DNA from: an uncultured Nitrospirota bacterium
GTDB taxonomy: Bacteria; Nitrospinota; Nitrospinia; CAJXCL01
Direction: 5' to 3'
DNA: 64,000 nucleotides
Assembly: GCA_913051775.1 (NCBI GenBank)
Contig: CAJXCL010000002.1
Location: 18,307 to 82,306 of the forward strand
Shown here: piece by piece, positions 53,560 through 64,000 of the stretch
Numbering within the stretch: position 1 is the first letter of the stretch
How the letters are laid out: each line of letters starts with the position of its first letter
The notes under the pieces: model-generated
The model's database searches: none
What the model was told of the DNA's origin: nothing
Seen by the model: only the letters and a program-made list of their open reading frames with translations
Made by a program: the position numbers and the translations under genes

Positions 53560-54843
53560 ATGCAAATGAAACAACAAAAGGAAAAGGATTTTTACAAAAG
53601 CAAATTATCAAACGGTATCCCGGTTGTCACCGCAAATATTCCTTACCTGAGATCAATATCCATTGGAATTTGGATTAAGGCAGGATCACGCAACGAAATT
53701 CCGGAATTAAATGGTATTTTTCATTTCCTTGAACATCTTGCCTTTAAAGGAACCAAACGAAGATCTGCTCATCAAATTGCCATAGAGATGGATTCTATCG
53801 GCGGACATATGAATGCCTTCACAAGCCGGGAATATACCTGCTATACTGCAAAAGTTCTTGACGAGCATCTTCCCATTGCAATAGATGTCCTCTCTGATAT
53901 TCTTCTTAATTCTGTTTTTGACCCTAAAGAAATTGAACGTGAACGCAGAGTTATTCTTGAAGAAATAAATATGGTAGAAGACACTCCCGATGATCTCATC
54001 TTCGATATGCTTTACCAGAATGTCTGGTCAAACCATTCGCTCGGCTTGCCAACCCAGGGATTTCCTGAAACAGTAAAGAAAATATCAAGGCAGGATATCC
54101 TTTCTCATATGGAAAGGTTTTATAGTTCAAACAATGTCATCATTTCCATCGCGGGAAATATCGATTTTCCGGATTTAATGGATCTCCTGGAAAAACATTT
54201 TTGCAAATTTAAAAGCGCTGAAAAAAACGACCTCGATTCTGTTCAGGAAATGAAAGTCGGCAGAGTTTTCAAATACAAAAAACTGGAACAGGTGCATATT
54301 TGCCTCGCTGCAGCCGGGATTAAAACAAATGACAAGCAAAGATATGAGTGTTACCTTCTAAATATAATTCTCGGCGGATCAATGAGTTCCAGGTTGTTCC
54401 AAAAAATCAGGGAAGAAAAGGGATTGGCTTACTCTGTTAATTCAATAAGCAGTCATTACAGAGATACAGGTATATTTATGGTCTATGCGGCAACGGGGAC
54501 AAAAAACTATGCGACTGTCATAGAATTAATTGTACAAGAGCTTAAAGAAATCACAAGCAATAAAGTCGATGCAAGAGAATTGGAAAAGGCGAAAAATCAA
54601 CTGAAAGGGGGGCTTATGCTGTCGCTGGAAAGTTCCGGGAGCAGAATGGTGCAATTGGCAAAAGAAGAGATGTACTTTAAAAAACATTTTACATTAGATG
54701 AAATGATAAAAAATATTGATGCCGTTACCGCAAATGGGATAAAAAGCCTTGCGAACAGGCTGTTTTATAGTAAATCTTTTACTCTTGCCCTGTTAGGTCC
54801 AATTAGAAATAATAAAGTGTTGAAAGACATTTTGCATAATTAA
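53560..54843 (+). CDS. M16 (pitrilysin) family zinc peptidase
   Basis: HFLEH inverted zincin motif, NAFTSREYT, GGSMSSRLFQ.IRE.KGLAYSV; usual position after pnp. Confidence 0.93.
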   Translation: MQMKQQKEKDFYKSKLSNGIPVVTANIPYLRSISIGIWIKAGSRNEIPELNGIFHFLEHLAFKGTKRRSAHQIAIEMDSIGGHMNAFTSREYTCYTAKVLDEHLPIAIDVLSDILLNSVFDPKEIERERRVILEEINMVEDTPDDLIFDMLYQNVWSNHSLGLPTQGFPETVKKISRQDILSHMERFYSSNNVIISIAGNIDFPDLMDLLEKHFCKFKSAEKNDLDSVQEMKVGRVFKYKKLEQVHICLAAAGIKTNDKQRYECYLLNIILGGSMSSRLFQKIREEKGLAYSVNSISSHYRDTGIFMVYAATGTKNYATVIELIVQELKEITSNKVDARELEKAKNQLKGGLMLSLESSGSRMVQLAKEEMYFKKHFTLDEMIKNIDAVTANGIKSLANRLFYSKSFTLALLGPIRNNKVLKDILHN

Positions 54844-55020
54844 AAAAGACCACGGATTTCGCTGATTTTTTTTATTGTAAGTATTTCTACCTTTTCATAC
54901 CTGTCGAAAGCTTTCAAGGTTTCTAAAACTTTCACATAGGCACAGAAACCGGAGGATATCAAAAACCTACAGGTATTGACTTGGAAATTTCAATAACGTA
55001 AAGTTGGTATTTCATGTAAG

Positions 55021-55091
55021 CCCCGTTAAAAATTGTTTGTTGATTACTTACTTTAATCAAAAATGATCACAATCTGGAATTTCTAACGGAG
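55021..55091. repeat. Short inverted-repeat element
   Basis: CCCCGTTAAAAATT ... AATTTCTAACGGAG (12 of 14 complementary). Confidence 0.5.
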
Positions 55092-55143
55092 TAAACCTTA
55101 TTCAGGATTTACAACATCTGAGATTAATAAAGTAGGAGCAAAA

Positions 55144-56640
55144 GTGAATATAAAAGTTATTAAAGGATCCCCCATTAAAATAAAAGGTGTTTGTCTCGCC
55201 TTATGGTGTTTTGAAAAAGATGTACTGAACCCTGTCATCAAGCAAGTAGACAAACAGTTGACTGGAATCATCCGACAGCTTGTAAAAGAAAAAATCTTTG
55301 AGGGTAAGCTGAATCAAACAACTTTTATCTATTCCCTTGGCAAACTGAACGTGGATAAAGTCATATTGATTGGGCTTGGAAAAAAAAAGGAAATGACTCT
55401 TGATAAACTAAGACAAACCTCGGCAACAATCGCCAAAATTGCTGAAGGAAAAGGCATAAAAAAACTCATGACAAATCTTCCTGATATGAAGATCAAGGGT
55501 ATGCCTGCTATGGATATCGGTCAGACAATTGCAGAAGGAACAATCCTCTCGCTTTATAAGTTTAATAAGTATAAGTCGGAAAAAAACAATAATGAGAAAA
55601 AACTCTCTGAACTAACACTTTTAACCGAAAATGAAAAAAACGTAAAGACCCTGAAATCCGGCGTGAGCATAGCACTGAAAATCTCAAAAGCTGTTTATTT
55701 TACGAGGGATTTAATTAACCACCCGGGGAATACCGCTACACCGACTTATCTGGCAGAACAGGCCAAAAAGATTGCAAAACAATGTAATATTAAATGCAAA
55801 ATCCTGAATAAACCGGATATGGAAAAATTAGGGATGGGCGGACTCTTAGGCGTCTCCAAAGGAAGCCATCAGCCGCCAAAGTTCATTATTCTGGAATATT
55901 GGGGAACAAAAAAAAATAAAGCGCCGATTGTCCTGGTTGGAAAAGGGTTGACCTTTGATTCTGGCGGCATTTCTCTCAAACCGGGACAGGGTATGGAGGA
56001 AATGAAAACAGACATGTCCGGCGGCGCTGGAATGATAGGCGCCATTATGGCAGCGGCTTCTCTGAAACTGCCTGTTAATGTTGTAACCTTAGTGCCCGCG
56101 TCTGAAAATATGCCGGGAGGAAGCGCTAATAAACCGGGAGATGTTTTAAAAACAATGTCCGGGAAAACTATTGAAGTGTTGAATACCGACGCTGAGGGAC
56201 GGCTTATTTTGGCAGACGCCCTAACTTACGCGGAAAAGTATAAACCAAAATCCGTGCTTGATATGGCTACCTTGACAGGCGCATGTGTTATCGCCCTTGG
56301 AAACCATGCTACCGGAATTTTGGGAAACGATGAAAAATTAATCGATGACATTAAAAAAGCCGGAGAAGTAGCTGGTGAAAAAGTCTGGCAACTTCCTCTC
56401 TGGGAAGAATATGACGAGTTGATAAAAAGCGATATTGCGGATCTAAAAAATATTGGTGGCCGCGGGGCAGGAACAATCACTGCGGCAGGGCTCTTAAAAA
56501 AATTCGCCTCGGAATATCCCTGGGCTCATCTTGACATTGCAGGAACCGCCTGGACAGAAAAACCAAAACCATATGTCCCAAAAGGAGCCGTTGGCGTTGG
56601 AGTCCGCATGATAGTGCAATATCTGAGAACATCATTTTGA
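55144..56640 (+). CDS. pepA: Leucyl aminopeptidase (M17)
   Basis: VGKGLTFDSGG, MKTDMSG, NTDAEGRL, ATLTGA, HLDIAG. Confidence 0.96.
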   Translation: MNIKVIKGSPIKIKGVCLALWCFEKDVLNPVIKQVDKQLTGIIRQLVKEKIFEGKLNQTTFIYSLGKLNVDKVILIGLGKKKEMTLDKLRQTSATIAKIAEGKGIKKLMTNLPDMKIKGMPAMDIGQTIAEGTILSLYKFNKYKSEKNNNEKKLSELTLLTENEKNVKTLKSGVSIALKISKAVYFTRDLINHPGNTATPTYLAEQAKKIAKQCNIKCKILNKPDMEKLGMGGLLGVSKGSHQPPKFIILEYWGTKKNKAPIVLVGKGLTFDSGGISLKPGQGMEEMKTDMSGGAGMIGAIMAAASLKLPVNVVTLVPASENMPGGSANKPGDVLKTMSGKTIEVLNTDAEGRLILADALTYAEKYKPKSVLDMATLTGACVIALGNHATGILGNDEKLIDDIKKAGEVAGEKVWQLPLWEEYDELIKSDIADLKNIGGRGAGTITAAGLLKKFASEYPWAHLDIAGTAWTEKPKPYVPKGAVGVGVRMIVQYLRTSF

Positions 56641-56678
56641 TTTAACATTTATTGCTAACAGATAATCTTTCCTTTTAG

Positions 56679-57698
<1,020 letters not shown>

Positions 57699-57854
57699 GA
57701 GGGCTTTCATCATAATGCTGCTAAATGACAACAAAAAAATGCAAAATCACAAATTCCAAGCAACAAATATCAAATATTTCATTTTGAATTTATAAGATAA
57801 TAATATTTAAAATATATAGTGCAAACTTGTGGAAAAGATATAAGGATATCCTAA

Positions 57855-58637
57855 ATGAGAGGTTTATTGATTGCCGGAAACTGGAAAATGAACGGACTCA
57901 TAGGAGAGTCTGTTCAATTGATAAAAGAAATCCAACCAGCTAATAATGAAAAAATCGAAATAGTGCTTGCTCCCCCATTCACTGCCCTTCATGCTGTAAA
58001 CGCCTATCTGTCAAAGGATGATTCAGGACAAATAAATAATTTTTTTTTGGCAGCCCAGGATGTTTTTTGGGAAGAAAAAGGAGCTTACACCGGAGAAGTT
58101 TCTCCGGAAATGTTGGCAAATACTGGTTGTTATTATGTTATTATAGGCCATTCTGAAAGACGACAGTTTTTTCATGAAACAAACAAAACGGTTAATAAAA
58201 AAATTAAAGCTTCTTTAAAAGCAAATTTGCAATGCATCGTCTGTATAGGGGAAACTTTAGAGCAAAGAGAAAATGGCAATACATTTTCAATTATTGAGTC
58301 GCAAATTAAAGAAGGATTTGCTAATATATCATCCGAAGAGTTGGATAAGTGTATCATTGCCTACGAACCTGTCTGGGCAATCGGAACCGGAAAGACTGCC
58401 ACTCCTGAACAGGCTGAGGAGATACATCAATTCATCAGGAAAAAAATAGAGGAGATTTTCAACAAATTCTCCTCTGAAAAGATGAAAATCCTCTATGGCG
58501 GCAGTGTTAATCCGGGTAACGTGGAAGGGCTTCTTTCAAAAGAAGACATAGACGGTGCCCTTGTCGGTGGAGCCAGTTTAAAAGCAGAATCATTTAACAA
58601 AATTATTCAGGCAGGAGAAAATACAATCAACAATTAG
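57855..58637 (+). CDS. tpiA: Triosephosphate isomerase
   Basis: AGNWKMN, GHSERR, AYEPVWAIGTG, YGGSV, LVGGASL. Confidence 0.98.
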   Translation: MRGLLIAGNWKMNGLIGESVQLIKEIQPANNEKIEIVLAPPFTALHAVNAYLSKDDSGQINNFFLAAQDVFWEEKGAYTGEVSPEMLANTGCYYVIIGHSERRQFFHETNKTVNKKIKASLKANLQCIVCIGETLEQRENGNTFSIIESQIKEGFANISSEELDKCIIAYEPVWAIGTGKTATPEQAEEIHQFIRKKIEEIFNKFSSEKMKILYGGSVNPGNVEGLLSKEDIDGALVGGASLKAESFNKIIQAGENTINN

Positions 58638-58735
58638 CGGTTAGCAATGAAAGTGTTTAGCGAGCGCATTCCCCGTATCTTACTAAGGGGAGCTTCAATA
58701 ATGTTATTCATTAACCACCTTCGGCGGGACTTTTT

Positions 58736-58825
58736 TAGACAAGATTAACGGGATTAACAAGATAAACGCAATGACATAGTCATTGCACTCCGAAATAAAT
58801 CCAGTCTATCCTGTTCATCCCGTCA
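58736..58825. repeat. Complete GACAGGAT-family element
   Basis: GACAAGATTAACGGGATTAACAAGAT, then GCAATGAC-ATA-GTCATTGC, then ATCCAGTCTATCCTGTTCATCCCGTC; T-run before and A-run after. Confidence 0.8.
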
Positions 58826-58921
58826 AAAAAAATAATAAAGAGGAAATTCCTATTCATAAATTTAAAAATGGACTATTAATATAAAATTGATAACTGTTAA
58901 TTGTTTTTGGGGGTTATTTTA

Positions 58922-59254
58922 ATGACTACATTTTTAACTATTTTACATATCACTTCAGGGTTGTCTTTAATACTGATAGTGCTGCTACAAACAGGAAAAG
59001 GAGCGACTATGGGAGCTGCTTTTGGCGGGTCCAGTCAAACGGTTTTTGGAAGCGGTGGTGCCGGTGGTTTTCTTGGAAAATTAACCACAGGGGTTGCTAT
59101 CCTGTTTATGGTAACTTCATTAAGTCTGGCAACTATATCTTCAAAAAAAACGACTTCCTCTATTGTTACTGAAGCAGGTCCACAATCAGAAGCGCCTGGA
59201 ACAGGTGAAAATTTCCCAACCGAACATAAAGAGACACCTGTCGAGGCTCGATAA
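58922..59254 (+). CDS. secG: Preprotein translocase subunit SecG
   Basis: VLLQTGKGA.MGAAFGG.SQTVFG; position after tpiA. Confidence 0.96.
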   Translation: MTTFLTILHITSGLSLILIVLLQTGKGATMGAAFGGSSQTVFGSGGAGGFLGKLTTGVAILFMVTSLSLATISSKKTTSSIVTEAGPQSEAPGTGENFPTEHKETPVEAR

Positions 59255-59351
59255 TAGAAGGAATTTCTTTTAGAATGAGAAAAACCGCTCAGCCTACTAA
59301 GGACATCCGCTGAATTGCAGATCAAGATTCGGCTTTAATCACCTCTAACAT

Positions 59352-60219
59352 TTAACCAACAATTTTATCGGCGTCATCATAAGAGACCTGGCAGGTTTCC
59401 ACCGCCTTGTGTCCGCCACCACCGTACTTCAGCATAAGTGAGTCTACATCCACTTTCGCTTTGCGGTTGAAAATGCTGTAACCTATAGAAATGGCCACGA
59501 ACTGTTTCTTGAAACCGTCGATGAACCGGATGGAAATATTAGTATCAGGGTATAACGCGTAAACAAGGTGACGATTACCAAACGGAATCTCGGGAACACC
59601 CCGAAAATCGGTTATCACAATAGGTCCGTAAAGCTTGGAGTGTTATTCCAGCATCTTCCGGTGGAACTCATTTTTTTCTTTGTACCTGTCCACCCTTTCT
59701 TTAACGTCAGGCTCTGCCATAATTTCATCTATACTCTTGGTTCTTTAATGATCCACAAGCTCCTCTCATAAGCTGTTTATTGCTGATTTTATAACTGCGA
59801 TGGTATCCCAGGACTGTGCGGGGATCGCAAATGAAAGAGAGGAGCTCCCATCCCTGGGGATTGAGGATGTCGTCTTTGCTGAATTGAGCCGAATTCGCTT
59901 TATCAACCGCATCCATCATTTCCTTAAATTTACCAAGTTTTTCATCGCTGCCATAATACTCATAAACTACCATTTCGGCACTTGGAGCAGGCCTGCTGCA
60001 ACCTTTATACTTTCCTACAAGATTAAGCCGTTCATCCTCCCTGGAGTGGTGGCCAAACCGAAGTGAGCATTCTTCAACATACGGAACATTCACAAGAACA
60101 TCGTTTTCCGTAATAGGAACCTTGCCGTCCTGCAAATCCTTAGGATGCGCTAAAAACGTTTCGTTAATAATCCAGAGTTCTTTCAAAAGCGCTGCTGACA
60201 CCTGGCCGTCAAATCTCAT
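59352..60219 (-). pseudogene. DHH-family phosphoesterase (often annotated exopolyphosphatase-like) pseudogene
   Basis: FDG, HPKDLQDG, NVPY, GHH in place of DHH, DPRT, GNR..YALYP..NIS, YGGGGH. One frameshift near 59765 and two in-frame TAA stops separate the two ORF pieces. Confidence 0.85.
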
Positions 60220-60870
60220 AAAAACCTCCCCAACTTATAAATTTTATAATAGACATTAATCCTTATTTTTTTAAGGGTTAATAATATTAAGAATTCTGCG
60301 ACCTGTTGTAAAGCCATTGAAAAGTATTTTCAACCTTCTAAAATATTTCCATATTAACACTATGAAAAAATCATTAATTATCATTTTTCAAGAGGATGTA
60401 TAGGATAGGCCTGATTTATTACCCTGCATTACGCACAATAAAGTAAAAAGCTGATACGAAAATATGCAAAGAGCAAATTTCAGGCAAAGGATGTGGGCTT
60501 TTTGTCTGCTTTTACCTCGCCTAAGATAAGTTGCTTCTTCACGAAGCGTTAGCTAGACTCCAAAAATATAACGACAAGCCAGAAACTTAGAAGATATTTT
60601 TTGATAGTTTGTCCGAATCCTTCATTTTGGTTTACTAATCATGACATTCCAATTAAGCATCCTCATCCAATATCTTGCTGCTTTATCATACTTTGAAAAA
60701 TGTACCCCATATCTACCTCATCAGGGAATATTTCGACAATATTTTTAATCTTAGATACAAAAAGTTTGAAAAGAAGAAGCTAATATTCTTATAATTCAGT
60801 ATGGTCGTCCCAATCTCAATTTTGGATAATCTGTTGTTGAACAATCTGCTGATTAAAGGAGGAGATTTCT

Positions 60871-62271
60871 ATGGAAACACTTGCCAAATGGAAAATAAGG
60901 ATTAAAGACCTCTTGGATTCAACGGAATATGATATTCCCGTTATCCTTAGAGGATGGGTCAAGACCCGGAGAGGCTCTAAAAAATTTTCTTTTGTTGAAG
61001 TTAATGATGGCTCCACTCTGCACAATATACAGGTAATTGCGGACTGCAATTTACCTAATTACTCCGACATAGAAAAACTTACAGCGGGATGCAGTATCCG
61101 GGTGGAGGGAAAACTGGTGAAATCTCCCGCCAAAGGACAGAATGTCGAAGTCCAGGCTGACAAGATATCTGTTTACGGATGGGCAGACCCTGAAAAATAT
61201 CCATTGCAGAAAAAAGCCACCAGCCGTGAATTTTTAAGACAGATTGCCCACCTGAGACCCCGCACTAAGACATTTGGAGCCGTTTTCCGGGTGAGAAATA
61301 TCCTGGCTTGTGCGGTCCATAAGTTTTTCCAGGACAGAGGTTTTGTTTATGTCCACACACCAATTATTACTTCCAGCGACTGTGAAGGAGGTGCAGAAAT
61401 GTTTCAGGTCTCAACGCTTGATTATGACAATCCACCTGTTAAAGACGGCATTGTTGATTTTTCACAGGATTTTTTTGGAAAATCGGCGAAGTTAACTGTA
61501 AGCGGTCAACTGGAAGGTGAACTTTTTGCCACTGCATTGATGGATATTTATACTTTTGGTCCGACCTTCAGAGCGGAGAATTCACAAACACCGAGACATC
61601 TTGCGGAATTCTGGATGGTTGAACCGGAAATGGCTTTCTGCGATTTTGAGGAAAATATAATCCTGGCAGAGGATTTTTTAAAATATATTTTGAATTATGT
61701 GTTGGAAAATTGTGAAGAAGATCTGCTTTTTCTTGGGAAAAGAAATGAGGTTGATGTTTTAAAACAGTTAAAAAAGGTTGTGGATTCCCAGTTTAATAAA
61801 ATTACTTATACTGAGGCTGTAGAGTTGTTGAAAAATTCAGGCAAATCTTTTGAATATCCGGCCGACTGGGGCAAGGATTTGCAAACGGAACATGAAAAAT
61901 ATTTAGCCGAGGAAAAATTTCACGGACCTGTGGTTGTTACCGATTTCCCAAAAGAGATAAAGGCATTTTATATGAGACTGAATGATGACGAAAAGACTAT
62001 GCGGGCTATGGACATATTGCTCCCGGGAATAGGTGAGATCATAGGAGGCAGTCAGCGTGAAGAAAGGCTGGATTTTTTACAAGATAGAATAAAAGAAATG
62101 GGATTTAATGAAGACGATTATTGGTGGTATTTAGACATCCGCAGATTCGGGACGGTTCCCCACGCCGGGTTTGGCGTTGGTTTTGAGAGAGTGCTCCAAT
62201 TCGTTACTGGTATGAGCAACATTAGGGATGTGATCCCGTTTCCCAGGGTTCCAAATAACGCAGAATTTTAA
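60871..62271 (+). CDS. asnS: Asparagine--tRNA ligase
   Basis: [58 protein letters not shown]. Confidence 0.98.
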   Translation: METLAKWKIRIKDLLDSTEYDIPVILRGWVKTRRGSKKFSFVEVNDGSTLHNIQVIADCNLPNYSDIEKLTAGCSIRVEGKLVKSPAKGQNVEVQADKISVYGWADPEKYPLQKKATSREFLRQIAHLRPRTKTFGAVFRVRNILACAVHKFFQDRGFVYVHTPIITSSDCEGGAEMFQVSTLDYDNPPVKDGIVDFSQDFFGKSAKLTVSGQLEGELFATALMDIYTFGPTFRAENSQTPRHLAEFWMVEPEMAFCDFEENIILAEDFLKYILNYVLENCEEDLLFLGKRNEVDVLKQLKKVVDSQFNKITYTEAVELLKNSGKSFEYPADWGKDLQTEHEKYLAEEKFHGPVVVTDFPKEIKAFYMRLNDDEKTMRAMDILLPGIGEIIGGSQREERLDFLQDRIKEMGFNEDDYWWYLDIRRFGTVPHAGFGVGFERVLQFVTGMSNIRDVIPFPRVPNNAEF

Positions 62272-62426
62272 AGCAAAGTTTTGTGGATTACTTTTTTAGC
62301 CACTAAGACACAGAGGTGCGAAGAATTATTATATAAAATTTCTTACTTTTCGTGTTCTTCGTATTACTAACCTGGGAAACGTTCTTTTTTTAGCAACGTT
62401 TTTGGCAAACTATTAGAATATAAAAT

Positions 62427-62645
62427 GGAATATCGAAACCAGAAATTCGAAGTAATATCGAAATTCAAATTTCTAAAATTCAAAACAACCTGACCATGCC
62501 TTGTTTGGATGGAAAGCTTTTGAGTCTTGAGCATTAGAAATTTTGTTATTCGAATTTGTTTCGAATTCAAGCCTTTACTTGATTTCTTCATTGGGCGAAT
62601 CTTGGTCGATTTTTACCAAAATTTCGATATTCGAATTTCGGATTT
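62427..62645. repeat. Degenerate heptamer-repeat inverted element
   Basis: Left arm AATATCGAAACCAGAAATTCGAAGTAATATCGAAATTCAAAT; right arm ATTTCGATATTCGAATTTCGGATTT. Confidence 0.65.
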
Positions 62646-62761
62646 TTGAGAAAGGATTTAGAAAATTAACATTTTATTTAGTGCCTATTGTGGTTGCGGC
62701 TCTGCTGGGCTATGTAATCTGCGAACTATTTTTTTTGCAGTTAATTTATTCTACGATCAAT

Positions 62762-64000
62762 ATGATTTTTAAAGTTAAAGAGTTTTTGATTAAGCAAAAC
62801 TTGGTTAAACCTGGTGAAAAATTAGCAGCTGCAGTATCCGGTGGACCCGATTCTGTAGCTATGCTTTTCTGCCTGAATGATTTAAAAAAAGATATCGGAT
62901 TCGAGCTGTCCGTGTTTCATATTAACCACATGCTGAGAAGTAAAGAATCCGACAGAGACGAGTTGTTTGTAAAAAACCTAACAGAAAGTCTTGATCTTCC
63001 CTTTTACTTTGCAAAAACGGATGTTGCCGGGTATCAAAAAAAGCATAAATGTTCCGTTCAAGTTGCCGCGAGGGAGATGCGGTATTTTCACATGAATCAA
63101 CTCGCTGACCGTTATTCCATCTCAAAGATCGCTACAGGCCATACGGCTGACGACCAGGCTGAAACGGTGTTAATGAGAATTCTCAAGGGCTCTGGGTTAA
63201 AGGGGGTTTCAGGTATTCCGCCAATAAGAGACAATAAATATATAAGGCCTATGCTGGAAGTTACCCGTGAAGAGATTGAACAATTTTTAAAGCAAAATAA
63301 AATCAAATATTTAATGGATTCAACTAACCTGAAAAATCATTACCACAGAAACCGAGTAAGAAATAAACTAATCCCATTTTTAAAGAAAGAATTTAATCCT
63401 TCTATTATTGATGCATTATGCAGATCTTCACAAATATTCCGAGCGGATGATAATTTTATTTCAGAAGTAGCGCAAAACGAGCTTAATACGTTGCTGTTAA
63501 AAAACCATGACAAGATACTAATTTTAGACGCGACCCATTTTCAAACATTACATGAAGCTTTAAAAAGAAGAATTATTTTAGACGCTATTTATCAATTTTC
63601 CGGTTCTGGAAGGCAGGTTTCGCAAAATATAATTGAAACCATCTTGCATGTTATAAGGTCTAACGTATCAGGAAAATTTTTATCTGTTTTCAATAATTTG
63701 ATATTTAAATACCAGTACAATCAGATTATTTTTGAGCTCCAAAAGAAAAACCTCAGTGGAACCCTGATAAAGCAGAAAAAGTTGTTAATTCCAGGGAAAA
63801 CAAAAATTGAGGAGATTGGAAAGGAAGTGATTTCAACTATAATAACCAAAAAGGATGTTCCAAAAGATTTAAAAAAAACAGCCTCTTTTACTGCCTTTAT
63901 TGATTACAGCGTAACGGGAAAAGAACTTTTTGTCCGCTCCCGCCAAAGAGGAGATAAGTTTTGTCCATTAGGAATTAAAGGGCATAAAAAAATAAAAGAT
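62762..64000 (+). CDS. tilS: tRNA(Ile)-lysidine synthetase, 3' end outside the window (not in the ORF track)
   Basis: Translated by hand from ATG at 62762: AVSGGPDSVAML, HINHMLR, AREMRY, TGHTADDQAETVLM, IRPML, DSTN, RNRVR. Confidence 0.95.
   Translation, partial: MIFKVKEFLIKQNLVKPGEKLAAAVSGGPDSVAMLFCLNDLKKDIGFELSVFHINHMLRSKESDRDELFVKNLTESLDLPFYFAKTDVAGYQKKHKCSVQVAAREMRYFHMNQLADRYSISKIATGHTADDQAETVLMRILKGSGLKGVSGIPPIRDNKYIRPMLEVTREEIEQFLKQNKIKYLMDSTNLKNHYHRNRVRNKLIPFLKKEFNPSIIDALCRSSQIFRADDNFISEVAQNELNTLLLKNHDKILILDATHFQTLHEALKRRIILDAIYQFSGSGRQVSQNIIETILHVIRSNVSGKFLSVFNNLIFKYQYNQIIFELQKKNLSGTLIKQKKLLIPGKTKIEEIGKEVISTIITKKDVPKDLKKTASFTAFIDYSVTGKELFVRSRQRGDKFCPLGIKGHKKIKD

Noticed and set aside
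60220-60870. Possible gene remnant or attC-like site in the 650-bp spacer before asnS
   Set aside because: Only short frames without motifs; no complete attC palindrome and no integrase.

Overview
An AT-rich bacterial chromosomal window made mostly of housekeeping genes. No rRNA, tRNA, CRISPR array or intact transposase was seen. In order: a type II secretion secretin (gspD, cut by the window edge), leuA, an isolated hutH, bioB, and a complete F0F1 ATP synthase operon (atpZ-I-B-E-F-H-A-G-D-C). The operon runs straight into a nine-gene Mrp/Mnh cation:H+ antiporter cluster (E-F-G-B fusion-C-D-D-small-D). That cluster is followed by a diverged second copy of the atpD 3' end, the spacer and atpC. 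Next come an ankyrin protein, an FdhF/YdeP molybdoenzyme, an SH3 protein, a ferredoxin, miaA, a tRNA m6A37 methyltransferase, coaE, purQS, a WcaJ-type transferase, an AlaC-type aminotransferase, lipA, der, panC, a thiolase, ispG and proS. The window ends with the rimP-nusA-infB-DUF503-rbfA-truB-rpsO-pnp cluster, an M16 peptidase, pepA, gap-tpiA-secG (no pgk), a DHH phosphoesterase pseudogene, asnS and a partial tilS. The most unusual points are: (1) the Mrp cluster is bracketed by duplicated atpD-tail/atpC, giving two short epsilon paralogs; (2) the secretin has a tandemly duplicated N1-N2 module; (3) many spacers carry miniature palindromic elements from several families, one a multi-hairpin element with compensatory base changes, and some of these have entered coding sequences in frame. 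All calls come from motif recognition by eye; no searches were run and taxonomy is not established.
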